This document shows positions 23,256 to 30,558 of a stretch of DNA of 35,277 nt, one piece after another (position 1 is the stretch's first letter; the number at the start of each line of letters is the position of its first letter). The notes under the pieces are model-generated. The model saw nothing but the letters and a program-made list of their open reading frames with translations, did no database searches and had not been told where the DNA came from. A program made the translations under genes and the position numbers. Location: NCBI GenBank assembly GCA_050015815.1, contig JBEKAR010000001.1, positions 1-35,277 on the forward strand, given 5' to 3'. The DNA is from Methanomassiliicoccales archaeon (GTDB lineage: Archaea; Thermoplasmatota; Thermoplasmata; Methanomassiliicoccales; UBA472).

Positions 23256-23906
23256 ATGCGCGACGAAGGCCAATCTGAGATGTACGACGAATACGGCAAC
23301 CTGTACGTGCCCGCTGGGTTCGGCAAGATCCATTTCGGACGGCAGGAGATCATGCATATCGGGATAGCGGTGCTGGTGCTGACCATCGCTTTTACCCTAG
23401 TCATAGGAGCCTCACCGCTCTGGTTCGCCTTCGTGATCTCGCTCGTAGCGGTTTCGACGGGCTTCCTCCTGCACGAGCTGATGCACAAGTTCGTCGCGCA
23501 GCGCTACGGGGCATGGGCGGAATTCAGGGTGTTCCCGCTCGGTCTTGTGATGGCGATAATGTTCTCCTTCTTCGGCTTCGTGTTCGCCGCGCCTGGTTCG
23601 GTGTATATCCAGGGAAGGCTGACACCGAAACAGAACGGACTGGTCAGCATCGCTGGCCCAGGCACAAACCTCGTCATCGGAGGCGTGACGCTATTCGCCA
23701 GCTACCTCTTCCCGTCTAACTCGCTCGAGGCGGGAGTGCTCGGCATCGTCGCCGGGGTCAACATCTTCCTGGCGTTGTTCAACATGCTTCCGATCCCACC
23801 GCTCGATGGCTCGAAGGTGTTCTACTGGAACAAGATCGTCTACGTTGGCGCTCTGGCAGCCTCTATAGTCCTCCTCGCCATCGCCTGGGGATTCATCCCC
23901 CTCTAA
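23256..23906 (+). CDS. M50-family site-2 protease (S2P) metalloprotease
   Basis: HELMHKF (HExxH) in a TM helix and NMLPIPPLDGSKV (the LDG box) in a later helix. Polytopic, 216 aa. Confidence 0.85.
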   Translation: MRDEGQSEMYDEYGNLYVPAGFGKIHFGRQEIMHIGIAVLVLTIAFTLVIGASPLWFAFVISLVAVSTGFLLHELMHKFVAQRYGAWAEFRVFPLGLVMAIMFSFFGFVFAAPGSVYIQGRLTPKQNGLVSIAGPGTNLVIGGVTLFASYLFPSNSLEAGVLGIVAGVNIFLALFNMLPIPPLDGSKVFYWNKIVYVGALAASIVLLAIAWGFIPL

Positions 23907-25346
23907 TCACTTCTGGTACTGTTCGCAGGGATAGCGCAACCTCGTCAGAATGCTTCCTTCCCACTGCGCCGCCTTCCCCGGGTTCAGGATGTTGTTCGGG
24001 TCGAGCGCCCTCTTCACCGCCATCATCGCGTGGATCGAATTCGACCTCTCGTCCTGCATGTATGGTGCCTTCGAGATGCCGACGCCGTGCTCGCCGGAGA
24101 CCGTGCCGTCGAGCGATAGAACCACGGCGTAGACCTCTCCCACCGCCTTCTCTGCCCTCTGCCAGTAATCTGCGGAAGTGGGATCAAGGAGCATCTTGGT
24201 GTGGAGATTCCCATCCGCGGCGTGGCCGTACGTCCCGATGACGACGCCATTCCTGTCCGCGATCTCGTGGATCGCCACCACGGCCTCCGGTATCCTCGAT
24301 ATCGGCACGGCCATGTCATCGGCCAGAGAGACGGAGACCCAGCCTTCGCCGTATCGGCTCAGGGAAGACATGATGCTCTTGCGGCCGTAGGTCCACCTCG
24401 CCATCTGTGCCGCTTCGGAGGAGCACTCGACGCTCGTCGCCCCGACCTCCTTGCAGACCTGGCGCACCGCCGCCGCCTCCTTCTCCACCGTCTCCGGTTC
24501 GCCATCCACCTCGATCATGCAGAGCGCTTCGACGTCCGGGAAGCCCGCCTTGACCGTCTTGTTGACAGCCCGGATGCAGGTCGAGTCCATCAGCTCGATC
24601 GCCGACGGAATGACGGGCTTGGCGATGATGCTCGAGACGCACTTGCCCGCGAGCTCCAGGGTCGGGAACGCCGCGACGATCATCGCCGCTTGCTTCGCCT
24701 TCGGAACGATGCGAAGCGTGGCCTTCGTCACCACCCCGAGCGTTCCTTCGCTGCCGACGAACAGCCGCTCCAGTTGATAGCCAGAGGAGTTCTTGAGCGT
24801 CCTCGTGCCGACATCGATCACGTCTCCGCCAGCGAGGACGACCTCTAGGCCGAGGACGTAATCTCGCATCGCGCCATACTTGATCGCCCTCATACCCGAG
24901 GCGTTGGTCGCGACCATCCCTCCGACGGTGCATGCCTCCGAGCTTCCTGGCGCTGTGGGGATGGCGAACTTGTGCTTCGCCAATTCTTCCACGAGCCGGT
25001 CGAAGACCACCCCCGCCTCGCAGACGCAGAGAAGGTCCTCGACCTTGACCTCGAGGATCCTGTTCATGCGGCTCAGGTCGAGCACGATGCCGCCCTCGAT
25101 CGGGACCGCGCCGCCGCATAGACCGGTTCCAGCGCCCCTCGGCACGACCGGAATTAGCGCGTCATCCGCCAAGTGAAGCACCTGCGAGACCTGCTCGGTG
25201 CTTATCGGCCTGACGACGATGTCTGGATTCTGATGATGTATCGACGAGTCGAACCCATAGGTGTATAGGTCCGCGGGTGTGGTCGAATATGCCCCCTCGC
25301 CGACGATGTCCGCGATCCTCTCCACGACCTCCTTCTTCAAGCTCAT
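23907..25346 (-). CDS. FAD-linked oxidase (GlcD / D-lactate dehydrogenase family)
   Basis: 479 aa. FAD-binding PCMH-type N-terminal domain (VVPRGAGTGLCGGAVP) and the C-terminal GTVSGEHGVGISK box typical of GlcD/Dld. A TTTATA box (minus strand, about 25365..25375) lies about 25 nt upstream of the ATG. Confidence 0.85.
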   Translation of the reverse strand: MSLKKEVVERIADIVGEGAYSTTPADLYTYGFDSSIHHQNPDIVVRPISTEQVSQVLHLADDALIPVVPRGAGTGLCGGAVPIEGGIVLDLSRMNRILEVKVEDLLCVCEAGVVFDRLVEELAKHKFAIPTAPGSSEACTVGGMVATNASGMRAIKYGAMRDYVLGLEVVLAGGDVIDVGTRTLKNSSGYQLERLFVGSEGTLGVVTKATLRIVPKAKQAAMIVAAFPTLELAGKCVSSIIAKPVIPSAIELMDSTCIRAVNKTVKAGFPDVEALCMIEVDGEPETVEKEAAAVRQVCKEVGATSVECSSEAAQMARWTYGRKSIMSSLSRYGEGWVSVSLADDMAVPISRIPEAVVAIHEIADRNGVVIGTYGHAADGNLHTKMLLDPTSADYWQRAEKAVGEVYAVVLSLDGTVSGEHGVGISKAPYMQDERSNSIHAMMAVKRALDPNNILNPGKAAQWEGSILTRLRYPCEQYQK

Positions 25347-25642
25347 TTCATTCTGCGGAACCCTCTCACCGGCTATAAATCTGCCTCGGGGAGCGTCTGG
25401 CTGAAAGGATTATCGCATTACCGACAATCCACCAGAAACCTTTTAGGTCTGGATGGTGGATAGCGGTCCGCTCCGAAAGGGCCGTGACACCCGATGGAAG
25501 AGTGCAGTTCCGAATCCGAAGATGGTGATAGTAGCAAACGGAGACCCGACACGCGGGTCACTGGTTCTTGTGACGGAACTCGGCACGTGAACATATATTC
25601 CATATCGGCCCTGCCATGCGCTCCAAATCGAGATGAACTGTG

Positions 25643-26317
25643 ATGAAGCGCAACGGCGAAAGGTTCCTCAAGGAGGACGAGATCGTTTCCCTTCCGTTCG
25701 ACGAGACGACGCACATCGTCAGCGAGAACCATTTCTACAAGAGCGAGGGGTACTACGCCCTCGTCAAGAACGAGGTCAGCGGCGTCAGGACCCTGCCGAG
25801 GAGCAGCGATGTTATCGACGCATACGTTGTCCCGATCTGCCTGGAGAAGGCGAAGCTCGAGGGGATCGACGTTTGCGACTGGGAGATCTCATACTCCTAC
25901 GCCAAGCCCCCATGCATCATCTACGGGCTGAACTACTTCTCGACGCCGGACCAGTTCATCGTCGCGAGCGATCAGGACCAGGTTCGCCATGCAGTCAAGC
26001 ACGTCACGAACAACGGCCGATATCCCTTCTGCTATCAGCCGCTCCGTGATGGCGAGAAGCCGTTCAAGGCGACCGCGGTCTTCGGCGACCTCGCGAAGCA
26101 GAAGGACGAGCGACTCGTCGACCTGGCGAAGAAGGTCTACGACGTTTTCAGCATCCCCTTGGTCACGATTCTCTATGTCCGTCGCGACGGTATTCCCCGG
26201 CTTTCCTCGCTGGGCCCGGTGAAGTACTCGAAGCTCACGAAGCAGGAGCGCGAGGTCCTCGGGAAGTACCTCGACGCGAAGTGGCAGCCGTTCGAGGGGG
26301 ACGCGCACGATGTCTAA
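25643..26317 (+). CDS. RLAN-like (RimK-like ATP-grasp N-terminal domain) protein, unfused
   Basis: 224 aa. The stretch FYKSEGYYALVKNEVSGVRTLPRSSDVID resembles the Y.S.GYY.SLLAEARG..V.PS...I.D core I recall for RLAN domains. Its last 8 nt overlap the start of the ATP-grasp gene (ATGTCTAA). The track start 25640 is a GTG directly before ATG 25643. Confidence 0.55.
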   Translation: MKRNGERFLKEDEIVSLPFDETTHIVSENHFYKSEGYYALVKNEVSGVRTLPRSSDVIDAYVVPICLEKAKLEGIDVCDWEISYSYAKPPCIIYGLNYFSTPDQFIVASDQDQVRHAVKHVTNNGRYPFCYQPLRDGEKPFKATAVFGDLAKQKDERLVDLAKKVYDVFSIPLVTILYVRRDGIPRLSSLGPVKYSKLTKQEREVLGKYLDAKWQPFEGDAHDV

Positions 26318-27185
26318 CCTCGGCATCTTCGTCAACCGCCAGACAGTCGCCTCGGGCGATCAGCTCGAGACGCTTATCAGGTGCCGTGACGCGGCGGAGG
26401 ATCTGGGGCACACCGCCGACTTCATCTTTCCCACGGAGATCAAGAAAGTCGTAAGGACCGACGGCCTCTTCATCCGGCACAACACCGACCCGATGAACAT
26501 GGCCTTCGTCGCGGCGAAGATGGCCACGCTCCACAACATACCGGTCATCGACGATCCGGAATCTATCCAGATCTGCGCCGACAAGATCAACATGTACTAC
26601 CACCTGATGAGGAATGGCGTGCAGATCCCGCGCACCGAGTTCATCGGCAGGAAGGACGTCTCGGTGGGCAAGGCGGTCGAGCTCTTCGACCGCTGGGGCA
26701 CACCGCTCGTGCTGAAGGAACCGAGCACGAGCTTCTCGGCGCGGGTGGAGAAGGCGAACGACCCGATGGATTTCGTGCGCCTGGGCAAGAGGTTCACGCA
26801 CCTATCCGACTGGATCGTGGCGCAGGAGTTCATCCGCTCGACGTACGACTGGCGCCTCGGCTTCCTGGACGGGCAGCTGCTCTACGCATGCAAGTACCAC
26901 ATCCCGCCGGAGACGTTCAAGATACAAGCGTCGGTGAACGGCCACGTCGTCTACTGCCGCACCGAGAGCGTTCCGGTGCAGGACATCCCCCAATCGGTGA
27001 TGGAGATGGGCCAGAAGGCGGCAAGCTCGATCGGTAACGGTCTCTACGGGGTCGATCTCAAGGAGGCGAACGGCGGCGTCTACGTCATTGAGGTCAACGA
27101 TAACCCGTCGCTCGACGACGGGGAGGACGCGCACTATCCAGAGATCTACCACAAGATAGTGCGCAAGCTGCTAGAGTCAAACTGA
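26310..27185 (+). CDS. RimK-like ATP-grasp amidoligase
   Basis: 291 aa. Boxes VIDDPESIQICADK, PLVLKEPSTSFS, IVAQEFI, YDWRLGFLDG, GLYGVDLKE and VIEVNDNPSLDDGED match the ATP-grasp fold of the RimK branch. Confidence 0.85.
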   Translation: MSNLGIFVNRQTVASGDQLETLIRCRDAAEDLGHTADFIFPTEIKKVVRTDGLFIRHNTDPMNMAFVAAKMATLHNIPVIDDPESIQICADKINMYYHLMRNGVQIPRTEFIGRKDVSVGKAVELFDRWGTPLVLKEPSTSFSARVEKANDPMDFVRLGKRFTHLSDWIVAQEFIRSTYDWRLGFLDGQLLYACKYHIPPETFKIQASVNGHVVYCRTESVPVQDIPQSVMEMGQKAASSIGNGLYGVDLKEANGGVYVIEVNDNPSLDDGEDAHYPEIYHKIVRKLLESN

Positions 27186-27186
27186 T

Positions 27187-27741
27187 TCACTTCAGCGGAT
27201 GCTTATCTCGCCATTCGGAAAGAAGCATGGACATCACCACATCGTCGGTGAAGACCCCATCCTTGAACCGGTTGTGCCTCAGGACCCCTTCCCTCCTGAA
27301 ACCAACCTTGCGGTAGCAAGCCTGGGCTTTCTCGTTCCGCTCGTCAGCGTAGAGCCAGATCCTTTCCATGTTCAGCTCATCGAACATGTAATCCAGAAGA
27401 ACCGTCAGCGCGTCGGTGCCGTAGCCCTTGCCCCAGAGGTCTTTCTCGCCGATCACTATCCCGATGTCCGCTTTTCTCTCTGTGTAATCGATGTGGATTA
27501 TGCCAACGTTCCCGATCAGCTTGCCCTCGAGCGTATCGATGGAGAATACCTTCCCTTCTCGGATCAGGAGCCCGTCGTACCAGCGTTCCTCCTCCTCCAT
27601 CGACATCGGCGGGCTGCGAAGCAAGAATTGAGTCACCTCCGGATCGTTGAACCAGCGAACGAACGCAGGGAGGTCGCTCCTCTCCACGGCCCTCAGCCTT
27701 ACGAGCTTACTTTCGAGCGTCGGCCAGCCCCCTGAACTCAT
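27187..27741 (-). CDS. GNAT N-acetyltransferase, RimJ/RimL-like, copy 1
   Basis: 184 aa. LRAVERSDLPAFVRWFNDPEV N-terminus and the acetyl-CoA box IVIGEKDLWGKGYGTDAL. Its ATG lies 35 nt inside the upstream paralogue. Confidence 0.85.
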   Translation of the reverse strand: MSSGGWPTLESKLVRLRAVERSDLPAFVRWFNDPEVTQFLLRSPPMSMEEEERWYDGLLIREGKVFSIDTLEGKLIGNVGIIHIDYTERKADIGIVIGEKDLWGKGYGTDALTVLLDYMFDELNMERIWLYADERNEKAQACYRKVGFRREGVLRHNRFKDGVFTDDVVMSMLLSEWRDKHPLK

Positions 27742-28258
27742 CCTCGAGGATGCTCATGTGCAGAGCATCCTTCCAACCGCCTTTGTGGAAGTGGTCGTGC
27801 CTCGCTCTGCCTTCCAAGCTGAAGCCGCATTTCCTGTAATACGATATCGCGCGCTCGTTGTAGGCCGCGACACGTAGCCAGACGCGGTGAAGGTTCCTCA
27901 CTGTGAAGGCCTGATCGAGCATTATCTTGATCGACTCGGTGCCGAGGCCTTTGTTCCAGTGCTTCGGCTCACCAATCACGACCCTGAGCTCGGCCGAGGA
28001 AGAGCGTCGGTCCATCGCGGCCAGACCGATGATGCCGATCGGCTCCCTCTGCTCCAGTTCGTGGACGATGAACCATACCGCCTCGTCGTCGTTTACCATA
28101 TGCTGAGTGACCGCGGCCTCCTCTTCCAGCGAGACCGCGAAGTACAGGTGCTCCGCCCCGAGGTCCTCGAGCACTCTCTGGTCGTTGAACCATTTGTGCA
28201 GGAGCCAGGCATCCACCGCTTCCAAAGGCCTCAGCCCGACCGACTTGCCCTCGAGCAT
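27707..28258 (-). CDS. GNAT N-acetyltransferase, RimJ/RimL-like, copy 2
   Basis: 183 aa. LRPLEAVDAWLLHKWFNDQRV and VVIGEPKHWNKGLGTESI. A tandem paralogue of copy 1. Confidence 0.85.
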   Translation of the reverse strand: MLEGKSVGLRPLEAVDAWLLHKWFNDQRVLEDLGAEHLYFAVSLEEEAAVTQHMVNDDEAVWFIVHELEQREPIGIIGLAAMDRRSSSAELRVVIGEPKHWNKGLGTESIKIMLDQAFTVRNLHRVWLRVAAYNERAISYYRKCGFSLEGRARHDHFHKGGWKDALHMSILEDEFRGLADARK

Positions 28259-28334
28259 CGTGCGTCAATATGGCCGACCAATAATAAGCGTTCCCGCGAG
28301 CGGGGCCGTGTCCACGACCAGACAAGTGTCCCGG

Positions 28335-28347
28335 AAAGGATTATGAA
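28335..28347 (+). promoter_or_regulatory. BRE/TATA-like box of adk
   Basis: AAAGGATTATGAA, centre about 29 nt upstream of ATG 28371. Confidence 0.35.
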
Positions 28348-28370
28348 CGGGAAGGCTGTTAGGCCGTGGC

Positions 28371-29003
28371 ATGGACCGGACTATCGTGATCATGGGCCCA
28401 CCTGGCTCGGGCAAGGGAACGCAGACGGAGAGGCTCTGCGCCGAGTTCAAGCTGACCAAGATCTCAACCGGGGACCTTCTGCGCGAGGCGGTCAAGCAAG
28501 GCACCCCGCTTGGTGTCAAGGCGAAGTCGTTCATGGACGCGGGCAAGCTTGTCCCGAACGACCTGGTCATCGCCCTCATCAAGGAGAAGCTGAAGACGCT
28601 CGAGGGCGGCGTCATACTGGACGGTTTCCCGCGCAACCTGGAGCAGGCCCAGATGCTCGAGAAGATCGCCAAGGTCGACCTCGCGATCGATCTGCAGGTG
28701 AACGAGGAGAACCTAGTCAAGAGGCTAACGATCCGCAGGACGTGCAAGAACTGCGCTGCGGTCTATCATCTGGAGTACAATCCTCCGAACGTCGCGGGCA
28801 GGTGCGACAAGTGCGGTGGCGAGCTCTACCAGCGCTCAGATGACACGGAAAAGACGGTGCGCGAGAGGCTCAAGGTCTACAGGAACCAGACCCTTCCGCT
28901 CGTGGCGTTCTACAAGGAGAAGGGCGTCCTCGAGGAAGTCGACGGCGAAGGTGGGATCCCGGCAGTGCACGACCGCCTTGCGAAGATCATCAAGGCGAAG
29001 TGA
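28371..29003 (+). CDS. adk: adenylate kinase, long bacterial-type with zinc-binding lid
   Basis: P-loop GPPGSGKGTQ, NMP-binding region, and lid with CKNC...(17 aa)...CDKC. Confidence 0.9.
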   Translation: MDRTIVIMGPPGSGKGTQTERLCAEFKLTKISTGDLLREAVKQGTPLGVKAKSFMDAGKLVPNDLVIALIKEKLKTLEGGVILDGFPRNLEQAQMLEKIAKVDLAIDLQVNEENLVKRLTIRRTCKNCAAVYHLEYNPPNVAGRCDKCGGELYQRSDDTEKTVRERLKVYRNQTLPLVAFYKEKGVLEEVDGEGGIPAVHDRLAKIIKAK

Positions 29004-29026
29004 GCCACCGGCCTCAAGCCAAAAGG

Positions 29027-29034
29027 TTATTTAT
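29027..29034 (+). promoter_or_regulatory. TATA box of tRNA-Gln
   Basis: AAAAGGTTATTTATC, centre about 30 nt upstream of tRNA position 1 (29061). Confidence 0.45.
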
Positions 29035-29060
29035 CTTGAGCATTTTAGCGAAGACGCACT

Positions 29061-29136
29061 AGCCCCGTAGTGTAGCGGTCAATCATGCGGGACTCTGGAT
29101 CCTGCGACGGCAGTTCGAATCTGCCCGGGGCTACCA
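29061..29136 (+). tRNA. tRNA-Gln (anticodon CUG), 3' CCA encoded
   Basis: AGCCCCGTAGTGTAGCGGTCAATCATGCGGGACTCTGGATCCTGCGACGGCAGTTCGAATCTGCCCGGGGCTACCA. A1:U72 acceptor stem AGCCCCG/CGGGGCT, anticodon stem CGGGA/TCCTG with loop CTCTGGA, T arm GGCAG-TTCGAAT-CTGCC. Followed by CCCTTTTCG. Confidence 0.9.
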
Positions 29137-29217
29137 TCCCTTTTCGTCCTCAGCTCGACAAAGCTGAATGCCGAAACAATCTATACTCAGCATAGGATTC
29201 TCGAAGCGGGGAGAGGC

Positions 29218-30375
29218 ATGATTTCCCGGGACACGATCATCGAGAAACTGCACGGATACAAGACGGACAAGATCCGCATCGGGGTCCTTGGCTCGCACTC
29301 GGCGCTGGACGTCTGCGACGGCGCGGTCGACGAAGGGTTCCAGACGACCGTCGTCTGCCAGAAGGGACGGGACAAAACGTACTCAGAGTACTTCCGGGCC
29401 CACCGGGCAATGGAGGGTGAGGTGAGGCGGGGGATGGTCGACGACGTGATCCTGCTCGACCGCTTTGACCATATCATCAGGCCGGAAGTGCAGCAGAAGT
29501 TGCTCGACGACAACGTTCTCTTCGTCCCCAACCGTTCCCTGACCTCATACATCGGCATGGATGCAGTCGAGGACGACTTCGCCGTGCCGCTGCTCGGAAG
29601 CCGCAATCTCCTTCGTTCCGAGGACCGTGGCTTCGCAAAGGATTACTACTGGCTCCTGAAAGAGGCGAACCTACCGTTTCCCAAGAAGATCGAGAATCCC
29701 CGGGACATCGACCGCCTGGTCATCGTCAAGCTGCACCACGCGAAGAAGAAGCTGGAACGGGGATTCTTCACCGCCTCCTCATTCGAAGAGTATTCGCAGA
29801 AGTCAGAGCAGCTGATCACCCAGGGAGTGATCGACCGCGAGACGCTCGGCGAGGCGAGGATAGAGGAATACATCATCGGCCCGGTTTTCAACCTTGACTT
29901 CTTCTACTCCCCGCTGGAGAACTTCTGCTCGAAGATCGAGCTCCTCGGAATCGACTGGCGGTTCGAGAGCTCGCTCGATGGCCATGTGCGCCTGCCGGCT
30001 CCGCAGCAAATGACGCTCAACGAGGCGCAGCGCGTCCCGGAGTACACGGTCTGCGGGCACAATTCCTCCACGCTCAGAGAGTCGCTACTCGAGAATGCGT
30101 TCGAGCTCGCGGAGAAGTACGTCAGGGCGACCCAGGAGCACTACGCCCCGGGCATCATCGGCCCGTTCTGCCTCCAGACCTGCGTCGACAAGGACCTGCA
30201 GTTCTTCATTTATGATGTGGCGCCGAGGGTGGGCGGGGGCACTAACGTGCATATGAACGTCGGCCACTCCTACGGCAATTCGCTTTGGCGGACGGAGATG
30301 AGCACGGGACGCCGCGTCGCTCGAGAGGTGCGCAACGCGATCGCCGAGGAGAGGTTAGAGGAGATAGTAACCTAG
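29218..30375 (+). CDS. purP: 5-formaminoimidazole-4-carboxamide ribonucleotide (FAICAR) synthetase, ATP-grasp type
   Basis: 385 aa. IGVLGSHSALDVCDGAVDEGFQT N-terminus and GPFCLQ...YDVAPRVGGGTN C-terminal boxes characteristic of archaeal PurP. GGGGAGAGG lies upstream. Stop is TAG. Confidence 0.9.
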   Translation: MISRDTIIEKLHGYKTDKIRIGVLGSHSALDVCDGAVDEGFQTTVVCQKGRDKTYSEYFRAHRAMEGEVRRGMVDDVILLDRFDHIIRPEVQQKLLDDNVLFVPNRSLTSYIGMDAVEDDFAVPLLGSRNLLRSEDRGFAKDYYWLLKEANLPFPKKIENPRDIDRLVIVKLHHAKKKLERGFFTASSFEEYSQKSEQLITQGVIDRETLGEARIEEYIIGPVFNLDFFYSPLENFCSKIELLGIDWRFESSLDGHVRLPAPQQMTLNEAQRVPEYTVCGHNSSTLRESLLENAFELAEKYVRATQEHYAPGIIGPFCLQTCVDKDLQFFIYDVAPRVGGGTNVHMNVGHSYGNSLWRTEMSTGRRVAREVRNAIAEERLEEIVT

Positions 30376-30441
30376 ACCCGGAACGGGGCGGAAAGGGGCG
30401 ATTGGAACCCCTCTTCCGACGGCGATAATTCGCCGCCTCTT

Positions 30442-30489
30442 GGAGCTAGCCAGTATCTCGTCTCCGTTGAGCAAGGTTTATCTAGCTCC
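30442..30489. repeat. 8-bp perfect inverted repeat GGAGCTAG ... CTAGCTCC bracketing the surface-protein TATA box
   Basis: Arms at 30442..30449 and 30482..30489. The 3' arm overlaps the TTTATCTA box at 30477..30484. Confidence 0.4.
30477..30484 (+). promoter_or_regulatory. TATA box of the surface glycoprotein gene
   Basis: GCAAGGTTTATCTAGC, about 80 nt upstream of the start. This predicts a ~50-nt leader ending in GGGAGGG (30547..30553). Confidence 0.4.
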
Positions 30490-30558
30490 AACGTATTCGG
30501 CACTCTAATCCTTACTCAGGGACATCGCTTAGAATACAGGCCGTGAGGGAGGGAATTG

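Noticed and set aside
27887-28843. 318-aa plus-strand ORF spanning the GNAT copy 2 antisense and an alternative frame of adk
   Set aside because: It overlaps two well-supported genes, is Arg/Gly/Pro-rich, and has no motifs.
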